DNA from: Octopus vulgaris
Lineage: Eukaryota
Length of the DNA stretch: 64,000 nucleotides
Direction of reading: 5' to 3'
NCBI GenBank assembly: GCA_951406725.2
Contig: OX597836.1
Coordinates: 18,848,001 to 18,912,000, forward strand
Shown piece by piece: positions 26,101 to 38,748 of the stretch (positions within the stretch are counted from its first letter, which is position 1; each line of letters starts with the position of its first letter). The translations under genes were made by a program, and so were the position numbers. The notes under the pieces were generated by a model. The model worked only from the letters and a program-made list of their open reading frames with translations. It was not told the DNA's origin and made no database searches.

Positions 26101-26260
26101 CAAATTAAGACTGAACACGAAAAGTGGACAGTCAACATGCTAGATATAGACGTCAAATCGCCATTCTCCACAAAGGGTATGTTCTCAAATAAAACTCAGC
26201 ACAAAACCAAACCAAAGCATTAAACAAGACAAATGAAAATATACGAAATAAAATAATTAC

Positions 26261-26325
26261 CCATGTACTGAATCAGTTTCGATTATTATTATCCGCAAGG
26301 ATAAACTGTAATCTCGTCAGCATGG
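26261..26325 (-). ncRNA. Canonical type I hammerhead ribozyme
   Basis: Reverse strand: ccatg CUGACGA gatta-cagt-ttatcc ttgc ggataa-taa-taatc GAAA ctgattcag UA catgg. All core nucleotides intact, three stems, GUA triplet. Confidence 0.8.
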
Positions 26326-26428
26326 TCTGTTATAAATACAATTTGCTGGACTAGATGCAAGAACGATTGACCGGAGTCTCGCATGCATGAAGTTCAACCG
26401 ATTATATTTGAATGTATTTTTCAAATGC

Positions 26429-26477
<49 letters not shown>

Positions 26478-26617
26478 GAAGTTAAATCATTTAAGATGAC
26501 ACCTTATCACATAAACCTACCTTTCTTCTTAGAAGGCAATCTTCAGATGAAATACACGCACGTACATACACGTACACACATACGCACATACGCATACATA
26601 TACGCACACTCACAGAC

Positions 26618-26704
<87 letters not shown>

Positions 26705-26734
26705 TACACACACACACAATATATAGATACAGAT

Positions 26735-26778
<44 letters not shown>

Positions 26779-26926
26779 CCAGATAAATGCTAGCCATTCT
26801 CTTGCGTTATTCATCCTTCGATTTCGCTTTTTGATATAAGCTACAACTGTATTCTCAAATGTCCATATCAGTCATGTTTTAAATTCATTTCTGTTTACGT
26901 TTTGTATTTTTCTACTCCATTTCCAG

Positions 26927-27045
26927 GTATTTATAGTCATCTTCTAAGTAACAAACGTTTTGGCTTAACGCATAACCTCGTCGCAACCAAAGTCATGCCG
27001 CCTTTGATTCCACATACCGTCAACCCTGGCCTTACAATGGACCAG
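26927..27045 (+). CDS. SCYL2: SCYL2-like internal exon D
   Basis: ttccAG acceptor, GTaggt donor (27046). 119 nt, phase 1-0, completing the split Gly codon of exon C. Encodes G-IYSHLLSNKRFGLTHNLVATKVMPPLIPHTVNPGLTMDQ, similar to SCYL2 GIY...K..G.T...LA.KV.P.LIP.. Confidence 0.9.
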
Positions 27046-27111
27046 GTAGGTGGGTCTTTTCCACACTTTATGCTGAAGACAGTAAAAACGCCAAGTCACT
27101 CACTAATTCTC

Positions 27112-27146
<35 letters not shown>

Positions 27147-27180
27147 CTCTCTCTCTGTCTCTCTCATTCTCTCGTTTTAT

Positions 27181-27557
<377 letters not shown>

Positions 27558-27712
27558 CATATTTTATTCTATTTCGCACAAATCCTGTGCACCCACAGGC
27601 GAATCCCAGAGCAGTAAGAGATTGGCTCGATCAAAGTAAAATATTATTAGCTTCAACTATGGTATCGTGTACTATTTTTCTCCGACAATAAATACTAAAT
27701 GTAGATAGATAA

Positions 27713-27802
<90 letters not shown>

Positions 27803-27903
27803 GGATAGGTAGATGGATGGATAGATGGATAGATAGATGGATAGATAGATAGATACATACATACATACATACATACATACATACATACATACATAAATTG
27901 ATT

Positions 27904-27934
<31 letters not shown>

Positions 27935-28178
27935 TGATTGATTGATTGATAGATAGATATATACATACATACATACATACATACAAATAAACATACATAC
28001 ATACGTACATACATACATACATAGATTGATTGATTGATAGATAGATAGATACATACATACATACATACATACATACATACAAATAAACATACATACATAC
28101 ATACATAGATTGATTGATTGATAGATATATACATACATACATACATACATACATTCATACATACATACATATATACAT

Positions 28179-28307
<129 letters not shown>

Positions 28308-29039
28308 CATTTATTCATATCCTTTCACGCCATGGCTTTCTCTGGTTGTTCTTATTGCTGTAGATTCCCGTCAGATCTGATAAATCAGATGCGTTACATA
28401 CAAAGATATCGAGACAAAACTTTCGAACATGTCTATTACTTTTTAGTCGTAGCTGTCTTATTCATTTGACTTTTACTCATTTATTCGACTGATTCCAGTC
28501 AATGAGTTATTGTCTGATACTGGCTGATAGTCTTCGAAACTAAATTCTTTATATTAATAAACTTGTCTCTTCATTAATCTCTAATGAAGCTACGTTCATC
28601 GTCACTGATTGATATAGCGACAAACACAATAAAGGCGACTTTTCAGATAAGATATAATCTATTACCTACTCCAACCTCCCAAATACTAATTACAGACGTA
28701 AAATACCCCAGGGTGTAATTCAAACTTCAGTTCAAATGTAAGAACAAATATCGCCAGAGAAATTTTAAATTTAAATCTCCGCTCTTTCACAGAAATTCGT
28801 TTTACAATTAACCATTACAATTCAGAAAGACATTCCCATATCAATAATGCTGTCTTTCGTTCCAGACGACTATATTCATACGATAATTGTCTCTTGAAAA
28901 CATTTGTTTATTCTGCTAAGTTGCAGGAAGACTAAAGCACTGATTCGCATCCAGACACATGTCCATTCTTTAAGGAATCTTAAGAAAAATTTTCGATGAA
29001 TTTGTCCTAACACACTTCTTTCGTCATTTGTTTTTAAAT

Positions 29040-29335
29040 ATGTTTCTTTATTAGCCACACAGGGCTGCACACAGACGGGACAGATTACAAAGTAGAGCTT
29101 TTCTTTTGGGGGGAAAGAAAAGGAAAAAAAAAAGAAAGGTGGGTTAGGTTTTCGATCAAAAGGGATCGTAAAAGGGAAGGAAGAAAAAAAAAGGCGGGGA
29201 AGAAAACGATCAATAGGGATCATGTATCACAGTGTCATGGTGTAAAGTGTGAAGGGGGAAGCAGATAAGGTTTATCTGTGGGAAGAAAAGCCTACGGAAA
29301 AGACCACGGTAACCTCGGTCAATGATGTTACATGT
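29040..29335 (-). mobile_element. Probable LINE 3' UTR whose terminus is homologous to the Nin-SINE tail
   Basis: Reverse strand ends ctgtcccgtctgtgtgcagccctgtgtggctaataaagaaaca, preceded by pyrimidine-rich UTR-like sequence. Confidence 0.55.
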
Positions 29336-29952
29336 TACCACATTTGTTTGCAAGTAAGAAAGTAGCTAACGACCCTGAGCGTCTTATAGCAAGCGGCACC
29401 GTTTCAACATTTTTTCTAAACTTACGTCTTAAACTGGGTTTAAGTAAGCTGTTCATATTCTATCAAGATTTTCACGTTTTAAATGAAAATTCCAATTTGT
29501 ATGGTCTTGCAGACATGCCTCTACATATTTGCCTTGTCATAATTTACCCCGCTCTTCACTTCCTTCTTACACTGGAGAACCTCAATATATCACTTTTACA
29601 TTATTAGTTAATTCCTTCGTTTAACATGGTTATTTTACTCGGCCGCATTTTCCTCTAAAAATGTTTAATTTCGTTATTTCTAGGGATAGTCATTATGCCA
29701 ATATCAATAACACACGCACTGGTTCAATTCCACTTCTTTATTATTAGTCAATTAGTTAAATATCTATACAACTACAACCGATCTTTTGTTAAACTTGAAA
29801 GAATTTTTAATTTCATTTTCCTTTATTTCGTGATTCTATATCCATCCAATGTTTTTTCTTCTTTTTTTTTTGTGATTTTACAGTTCACTCGCATTTTTCA
29901 TGACAGCAGAATATTTAGCGACGATTTCCATATTTTGATCTACTATAGGATA

Positions 29953-30240
29953 GGAGCACTCCGTCGGTTACGACGATGAGGGTCCCAGCTGATACGATCA
30001 ACGGAACAGCTTGCTCGTGGAATTAACGTGCAAGTGGCTGAGCATTCCACAGACACGTGTACCCTTAACGTAGTTCTCGAGGAGATTCAGCGTGACACAG
30101 AGTGTGACAAGGCTGGCCCTTTGAAATACAGGTACAAGAGAAACAGGAAGAAAAAGCGAGAGAAAGTTGTGGTGAAAGAGTACAGCAGGGTTCACCACCA
30201 CCCCCTGCAGGTGCCTTGTGAAGCTTTAGGTGTTTTCGTT
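29953..30240 (-). mobile_element. 5'-truncated copy of the SINE at 30740
   Basis: Reverse complement of about 30835-31120. Confidence 0.85.
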
Positions 30241-30739
30241 TGATCTACTAACATAATTATAAACTTATACAAAAATAAGCAAATGGTGAAGCAAATTTTG
30301 CTGAACCCTAATTATAATTATGCTCATAATTATAGAATTTTTGTATAAGTTTACCGATAATGGTTCTTTTAACATACCGAACTACTTGGTAAAATTATTA
30401 ATTGTTAATTGATTAATTAATTTATTTTACCCTTTATTATTATTGATAATATAATAATATCCCTGATAGTAAACTGCAGTTTTCTGCGGAATTTTTACTC
30501 ATTGGAACACGTGGGTAAGTGAGGAAGAATACGAGATCTCATTGGTCTGTTTGAATTCGGAAGTACTGATCTTTGGATATACGTTGTCTGATGTCGCTTG
30601 ATCAGATAAGTATGTTAACTCTCTGTGCTCCCAAATTTAAAATCTTGAATCACTGTACTAAAGAGGAGAATGATAGAGTGGAAATATGATTTTACATTTT
30701 TCACCTCTCTCTAACTCCGACACGCGTATACAGTTAATC

Positions 30740-31125
30740 GGAGGCGCAATGGCCCAGTGGTTAGTGCAGCGGACTCGCGGTCATAGGATAGCGGTTTCGA
30801 TTCCCAGACCGGGCGTTGTGAGTGTTTATTGAGCGAAAACACCTAAAGCTCCACGAGGCTCCGGCAGGGGATGGTGGTGATCCCTGCTGTACTCTTTCAC
30901 CGCAACTTTCTCTCACTCTTACTTCATGTTTCTGTTGTACCTGTATTTCAAAGGGCCGGCCTTGTCACTCTCTGTGTTACGCTGAATATCCCCGAGAACT
31001 ACGTTAAGGGTACACGTGTCTGTGGAGTGCTCAGCCACTTACACGTTAATTTCACGAGCAGGCTGTTCCGTTGATTCGGATCAACCGGAACCCTCATCGT
31101 CGTAACCGACGGAGTGCTTCCATCC
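30740..31125 (+). mobile_element. Full-length tRNA-derived SINE with 12-bp TSD
   Basis: A box TGGCCCAGTGG, B-box-like GTTTCGATTCC. TSD atacagttaatc at 30728-30739 and 31126-31137. Confidence 0.9.
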
Positions 31126-31315
31126 ATACAGTTAATCAAAGCCGGGTGGAATCGTTATTTTTTCTCTTTACCTACGTGAGTTGTTGAGTATTGCTGTCTG
31201 GGAGATTTTCTTATTATAGTGAAATAGTAGTTTAACTGCTGTTTCTAAATTTCGGTGTGTGGTGAAGCAAATTTTGCTGAACCCTAATTATAATTATACT
31301 CATAATTATAGAACT

Positions 31316-31412
<97 letters not shown>

Positions 31413-31682
31413 CACCGTGACCGACCAGGCTATCAGATGTTACTACACATCGCTAGTCACAATGCGCTTCGCATTGTTTTAGCCTTCAAATGACGCCACC
31501 CCGCTGGCTAAGCGAGCAGGCCAACAAAAGAAAGAGTGAGAGAAAGTTGTGGCGAAAGAGTACTGCAGAGATTTCCACCACCCCCTGCCGGAACCTCGTG
31601 GAGCTTTAGGTGTTTTTGCTCAATAAACACTCACAACGCCCGGTCTGGGAATCGAAACCGCTGCCCTAACCATTGCGCCTCC
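31413..31682 (-). mobile_element. SINE with the same head as 30740 but a different 3' tail
   Basis: Head ggaggcgcaatgg...ttcgattcccagaccgggcgttgtgag on the - strand. Its tail (ctgatagcctggtcggtcacggtga) also occurs at 8988-9080. Confidence 0.8.
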
Positions 31683-32559
31683 ACTATATATATATATGAT
31701 CAAAATGTAAAAGGGATTAATAAATTGAGGCAGATATCTAGAAAGCACTCAGTTTTAAGCAAACTTGGTTCACTATATCAAACAAGCCAATTCCAATAAA
31801 TGCAAATAGAATTAGCATTCATGGTAATCCTTCATGTATGACGAGTAGATCCAAGTAACGCTTAAAAGAATTTCAAAAATTCCGGATTAATTGGCAACAT
31901 GAACAAGAATGGAAAAAAATCACATGAATTACACCATACATAACCGATGATCGTTTCTACTGTGTCCGCATATTTAGATATAGAAGAAGGTACAAATCAA
32001 CATATCGGAAAATTCATGCTAGCAAAACGTTATCAAGGTAATCCAAATCGAGTTAAATTCAAAGTGAACTGAGATATCTCTAATATAGGAACGTATGCAA
32101 AAATAACGTTAAGAAAAAATATAATATTCTAATAAAAGCCAGTTTAGTATTTAAACTTATGATGACGTCAGCAGATAACGAAAGAATATGAAAAATAGAA
32201 ATCCTACGTCACGACATTTAGTAATCTAGCTATCAATGTAAACTAAAAGCCTTAGAAAATTATACTTATTAGATTATAAGAAAATTAATTATAATTAGGG
32301 TATTATTTACTATTGAAATATCTACACGTTTTTCTTTATTTATGGGAACATTTTATGTAAGATTGCTTCTATAATTAAATAACACTAACCTTGAAGTAAT
32401 TATATAATACATTGTCTCTAAGCAAAGATCACATTTAAAATTATCAGTATTGTACGATGGACTGTAACTAATAATGAATCACTTCATATCATAGTTAATG
32501 TTTATCTTTCAAATCCCAAATGCATTTACAAAGATTCGTAGAATTACATTGTCTTCTAA

Positions 32560-34505
32560 ACTAAAATGAACAAGACGGGTTATACATCTACATGATGTGT
32601 TGTGAATTTATGGAAAAAATCCCATAAACCTCAACAACTTCATATTTCATGAAGGTAAATATTGGACCAGGAAAGACACACCAGACTGTTTCGATGTACC
32701 CATGGGTGCACAAGATTCCGCAGAGGAAACCGATTTAGTCGGGATTTACCTACTACACCAACTTAAAGAAGAATTCTTTGAATTAGAGGGTGGACTTTGC
32801 CGGGACGACGCTCTATTCTTAGAAATACATCCAACAAAAAACCTGAACTGTACAAAAAGAGACTACACAATTTTTTTTAAAAAAAACCAAGGACTATCTA
32901 TTACCATTGAAAAAATAACGACTCTGTGAATTTCCTAGATACTAACTTCAATCTCAATACTTCCTCCCATCAGCCTTACCATAAACCTAACAATATCACC
33001 ACATATATAAACGCACAAAGTAACCATTCATATAACATAGAAAACCTGACCACTAACATAGAGAGAAGAATTAATCTTCATCTAATGAAGAAATATTTAA
33101 CAAACATAAAGACTACTATAACCTAGCACTTGAGAAGGCAGGATATAAATATGAAATTAAGTACAATAAAAACGACATCCTCAATACTAATAATACCAAA
33201 CCTTATCTTGAAATGAATAATGTAGATAATGTTAGTGAACCTAAGTCACCTGATGAATTAGTACACCCCATTAAGCATACAAAATCTCTCAATAATAGTC
33301 ATCAATATAAAAAAACTCTCAATAATTGTCATAAATATAACTTTAGCAAAAAACACTAAAATCACAACTAGATTAAACATACTAATATACTTAATCAATA
33401 CGAACACCATATCCATAACTTTACTAAAGGAAAAAAATATAAATTTTAGCAATTCAATTCCCACCTTACTAACCACACTAGTATTGATATTGATAAACCC
33501 AAGAATACTGACAACAAACACCAAAACTGTTTAATTGTAGATAAAAATAGGAACATTAAACCAAAAAACAGAAAAAATGAAAATAATCTAAACTCACCTA
33601 ATTCCTTCAATAATACACATAACCATAGAACTCAAATTGATATAGCTGAGAATAGAATAACAAAAAAGAAACCAATACCTTGTGTGAGAATAGCTGACCG
33701 CCCCCTCAAACACAATTCCAGTATAGAAAACAACAATAACACAACTTGGATTATAATCCCTTTTGCCAAACATCTAAAATCTAACTTTATCAGATCCATT
33801 AGAATGATAATTAATAAAAACTTTAAAAACTCTAAATAATGAAAAATATTTAATAATAAAAAAAATTTTGGATTTTCAGTTTTTGCAAATCTCTTTAGGA
33901 TAATCTCTACTTTTAGCCATAAGAAATTGGATTTATTCTTTAATAAAAAAAAAAACTACGTTAAATGTACCTAGTACCCCCAATAATCCTATAATTAACT
34001 ACTACTATAATGATAATAACCAGAACTTCATTATCCTTAATAAACATAGACATAGCACCTTGGTACCACCCAATAATTTAAATTGTAATTGTAGAGACTC
34101 AAATGCCTGTGTAGTAGATAGAAATTCCAAAATGAAAGAATTTGTATACCAAGCAACTATTATAACTCAGGACTCCTCTAAGTACATATACGAGGGTTGC
34201 ACGAAAAATTCTCTTAAATCGAGAATTTATAACCATACATCTTCTTTAAGGGGCCCAAGAAAAGAGAATAGCACAGGTCTATCGAAAAGAATTTGGCACC
34301 TGAAAAGAAGTAATATTGATTTCTCAATTTCTTGGAAAATCCTATCATCTGCTCCCTCTTACAGACATAATAATAAAATTCGTAGGCTGTGTTTGGAAGT
34401 AAGCTATGGCATAATGAAAATTAATGGAAATCTGGTTAATACTAGGGATGAAATAGTGTCTCCTGTAAACACATGACCAAATTTCTATTTATCAATCTTA
34501 AATAA
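32560..34505 (+). mobile_element. Penelope-like retroelement, Naiad-type: RT plus GIY-YIG endonuclease, decayed
   Basis: FDVPMGAQDSAE..DLVGIYLL, GGLCRDDAL, NFLDTNFNL..QPYHKPN..YINAQSNH; then CNCR...C...VYQATI...IYEGCT...KSRIYNH...TGLSKRIWHLK...SWKIL...LCLE...LVNTRDEI and, after a frameshift, SCKHMTKF. Confidence 0.9.
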
Positions 34506-35071
34506 TTCTTCACTCCCCCTTGCTTATATTAGTTTTTGGTGTCTTTTTAAATATTTCTATATATTATCTTTTTCTATGGAATCACATACACTTTACATTA
34601 CTATATCTCATACTATCTTGATATATTTTTTATTTATCAATTTTTTTCCTTCTAACAATTACATGACACACCATCTATTGGGCTAACACATTATCTACCT
34701 CTCCCTACACCTCCTTTTCTCTCAATATGTCTGTTTTTTTAAAAAAACATTATATCTTTCCTTAATATATAATATACCTATAATTTTTGTATTTTATTTT
34801 ATTTGGATAAATGTGTCCTTTTAAACCCCCTCAACTGATACTGTTTTATGTTACTTGTCACTCTACTTGATAAAATATATTTTACTGCTGATATATGCAA
34901 ACATATATAGTACTTCTTGGTGTCCTACATGCCTACAACCATGTGTGCATATCTAGATTTGGATCTTATATGTTATCTGTGTGTGCATATCTATTATTAT
35001 TGCGTGTTTATTTACCATATATTGCCACTAAAATGTATTTTTTAATATGAACGTGTATATCTGCATACACA

Positions 35072-35168
<97 letters not shown>

Positions 35169-36348
35169 CCTAAATCTTATTTTAAAATATATGAGTCCAA
35201 CTGTTTTGAAAACTCGTATTCTCGTTGAATACTCGAAATGAGAAGTAGATAGACAGCCGACAACTGATGAAGGGTCTTTCCCTGTTACTCTGTTTTCTAT
35301 TTTTTCTCATTTGTTTATATATTTCATGTTATTTGCACCATTGGTGACGTCCTGTACCCTTCTATGCATGTATATATATATATCGATATATAAGTGTGTA
35401 TTCTCTCACACGCACACAAACACACACACACAGCATAGAATTACATTTTTTCAGTCATCTTTGAACTCAGGATTCAGCATCTGTGCACGTTGATAATGCG
35501 ACCATTAATACATTGACCTAACAAAGTAAACACGCGTTTATGTCTCTCTGCTATCTATTTAGCAGCTATACATAAGTGTGCACTCATACATACTTATACA
35601 CATACACACACTCACACACACAACGCAATAATACACTCATTGTATTATATTATATTATATTATATTATACTACATTACATTATATTGTATTATATTATAT
35701 ATTATATTATATTATATTATTGTATTAAATTATTGTATTATATTATATCGTATATTATATCATATATTATATCATATACATTTGGATTCAGGGGCCCAAA
35801 TGCAGGAAGTTAGTAAGCTTCAAGCAGTTTGTGGCAGATATATAGAACAAAAAGAGACCGTGTACGTTTAGGAACAATAACAATTTATTGACGTCTAGGG
35901 TTACACACTTCTTCCCATATCAAAGTTATGAGGAAATTCGATAAGCTGGAAATCTCTGTATAACTCGCGGTTAACAACGAGGGAGGCTATGAATGCGAAT
36001 GAAGATCCAAATTGAGAAGAGAGGAAAAGATAACATCCACGATACATATGTCTCTTAGCTAGCTGATCCTCCGAGGTAATAATTATTCAAAGAGCGGTGC
36101 TCAACTAAGCCATTCATCAAACCGAGAATACCTTAATTACATGAAGGTTGCATTGTCGTTTGGGAATCCCAAATCAATTCACTACAAACGACGGAAACTA
36201 AATACAAAGATGATGGAAAATAAATGCAAAATGAGGTAACAAAAACATAGAGTTGGTACAAGTGTGATGCTCAGGAAATAGGGAGAGAAAAATCCCTAAA
36301 ATAATTAATTAAATTAAATATAACATATTAACACAACACACAATGTAA

Positions 36349-36739
36349 TCTTTATATATAAAAGAAAGGTTGTGTGTCTGTCTACTCCGATTTAGATTCC
36401 TAACAACTTCCACATTTTGCGGTGCAGTTTAACCAAAACCAGGTATCTTATAGTCGTGATTCATATCGAGCCCTTCTGGGTATTAGCGCGGGTCTACGAT
36501 GAGTCTACGATTTTAAAAATAATTTACCATCATTTTTTTCCATTTTAATGCATATTTTTTAATATAAGGGAAGTAACTCTCTAAAAATGTCTACGATGAG
36601 TCAACGATTTTTTAAAAAATTTACCATAATTTTTTTCCATTTTTAATGCATTTTTTGCTATTTTTTGGCTATAACTCTCTAAAAATGCTTTATAGTTATT
36701 TCCCTTACAAACCCGAGCAACGCCGGGCGATACTGCTAG
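36349..36739 (+). mobile_element. Non-autonomous Helitron (391 bp)
   Basis: Starts TC after host A. Ends with hairpin cccg-agcaacgc-cggg about 12 nt before CTAG, followed by host T. No TSD; internal ~90-bp tandem duplication. Confidence 0.85.
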
Positions 36740-37029
36740 TTATTTATAAACATGTAATTATAAGGATAAGATTATATATAAGATTAACTATTTTATACTC
36801 AAATATTATTTAAATTTAAATATCATTAAGATCTCTAATTATTTCTATGATATTTAAATAATATTTATATACTACATATACACCAAAAGAGAAATTAGTA
36901 TACTTACCCTGAGTTACAACTAAGTATAAAAATCAACCACCACAGACCCCAATACTCAATTTATAAAATATATATTATAATATTTATATATTGTTTATAA
37001 ACTTTTGAGTATACACCATTCTTCTGAAA

Positions 37030-37347
37030 GATAGCAGAGGATTGATTTTCTCTAAGTATGGTACTTGGATGTCTTCAAGTCTAGGGTTTTGTCCAGGAAG
37101 TCGACATTTAAGAAAAAGATGGCCGAATTCTTTGACGATCTGTCACAGATCCTGGCTGATATTTATCTATGGCGTGGTCGTTCATATGGCTTCAGAGTGC
37201 CAAGGTCATCATCCTTAAACAGGGCCGAAGTATAGAGATACGTGTGCTGCCTTAGAATGGTCAAAATAAATACACCCACGAGATCAGCGACCTCAGCCTT
37301 GTCGTAGTTACCAATATATACGGCAAACTGGGTCGCTTTCTCTTCGT
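37030..37347 (-). mobile_element. Naiad-type PLE RT fragment
   Basis: [22 protein letters not shown]...ALFKDDDLG, then VDFLDKTLDLKT. Truncated by (GATA)n. Confidence 0.75.
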
Positions 37348-37367
37348 AGATAGATAGACAGACAGAC

Positions 37368-37467
<100 letters not shown>

Positions 37468-38404
37468 CGATCGATCGTTCGATCGATGGACAGACGGACA
37501 GACGGACAGATTGATAAATAGACAGAGACACAGAGAGACCAAGAGAGTGAAGCAGGTAGGTAATAGGTAGGTAGGTAGGTAGGTAGATAGGTAGGTAGGT
37601 AGGTAATAGGTAGGTAGGTAAGTAGGTAGGTAGGTAGAAGGTAGGTAGGTAGGTAGGTAATAGGTAGGTAGGTAGGTAAGTAGGTAGGTAGATAGGTAGG
37701 TAGGTAGGTAGGTAGAAAGATAGATAGGTAAGGTAGGTAGGTAGGTAGGTAGGTAGGTAGGTAGGTAGGTAGGTAGGTAGGATAGGTAGGTAGGTAGGTA
37801 GGTAGGTACTACAACGGATTTCTACACAGTTTTCGTTAACCAAATCCACTCACAAGACAATGGTTAGCCAGCCCGAAGCAATAGTAGAAGACACGTGCTC
37901 ATGGTATCATGCAGTGGGGAATAAACCCAAAACCATGTGACTGGGAAGCAAACTTTTTACCACACGGCCTCGGCCTCTGCATGCTTATTTATCCTAGAGC
38001 AAACTTTCCTGTGGATAGTGTTGTAAATTCTTTAGTAACACTACTATTATGCTAATGGGAAACATGACATTTTCGGCCAAATGCTTATCACACGTATCGT
38101 ATCTACACAGAAATTTGATATAACTGACATTTACAGTGGTATCATGCAAGTTTAAGGAATTCACTGGTGTTTTTCTTTTTTTTTTTTTGTTTGATTGTTT
38201 TTTTTTTAAGCTATCTCTTACTATTAGGTGGCAATTCTGTGGAAACCTTATGGCAATTCTATAGACAGTTTTATGGTTTTGAACGCCTGCAAACATTCCA
38301 ATAACCTTGCAGGAGTTTCAATAAAATTTAATACCTGCATTAGCCATTTCTTAGGCAAAGAATGCCACCTCTTGTCAAAACTGTTCAACCGTGAAATGCT
38401 TTAA

Positions 38405-38642
38405 CCCTTTGCCTGTCCGGTGTTTTACAGGGTGATTCATAAGACATGTTTCCCTAGAGTCCATGCATCACATAAGATACACATTCCCCTTTTGCTATTC
38501 GAACCGCCTGCGTAACATTGGACTTTCGAAAGAAAAGCGTTTTTTATTGCTCAGAATGTTTGAAGCCGGGACTAACAAAATGTCTGAAAAAAGGCCAGGG
38601 CATTTAGGGTAAACTATGGAAATACTTTGGACAGGCAAAGGG
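38405..38642. mobile_element. piggyBac-type MITE (238 bp)
   Basis: Perfect 14-bp TIRs ccctttgcctgtcc / ggacaggcaaaggg. Flanks TTAA and TTAC (TTAA target, one side mutated). Confidence 0.85.
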
Positions 38643-38748
38643 TTACGTGTCAGCGACCTTCATCCCAGTAACTCATGGACGTCTTTATAAAGCTAAAAGA
38701 TTTTTGATAGCAGTTACTCAAACCAGTGAAACAAATCTGAATGAAACA

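Noticed and set aside
29884-29979. Candidate next SCYL2 exon after a good acceptor (FTRIFHDS...), and likewise 41187 (FLVIAII...)
   Set aside because: The peptides do not resemble the expected F..L...L.EML..I continuation, and the first runs into a SINE.
31943-32039. Possible U3-A8 hammerhead on the - strand (acc UUGAUAA ... GAAAC gauc aUC ggu)
   Set aside because: No convincing stem II and a stem III mismatch; could be chance in AT-rich DNA.
34060-34500. Selenocysteine-type (UGA-recoding) Naiad endonuclease
   Set aside because: The conserved Cys positions are TGT codons or missense changes, not in-frame TGA. The terminal TGA arises from a frameshift before CKH.
35200-35290. CUGAUGA and GAAA words downstream of the Naiad element
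   Set aside because: Could not be assembled into a hammerhead with consistent stems.
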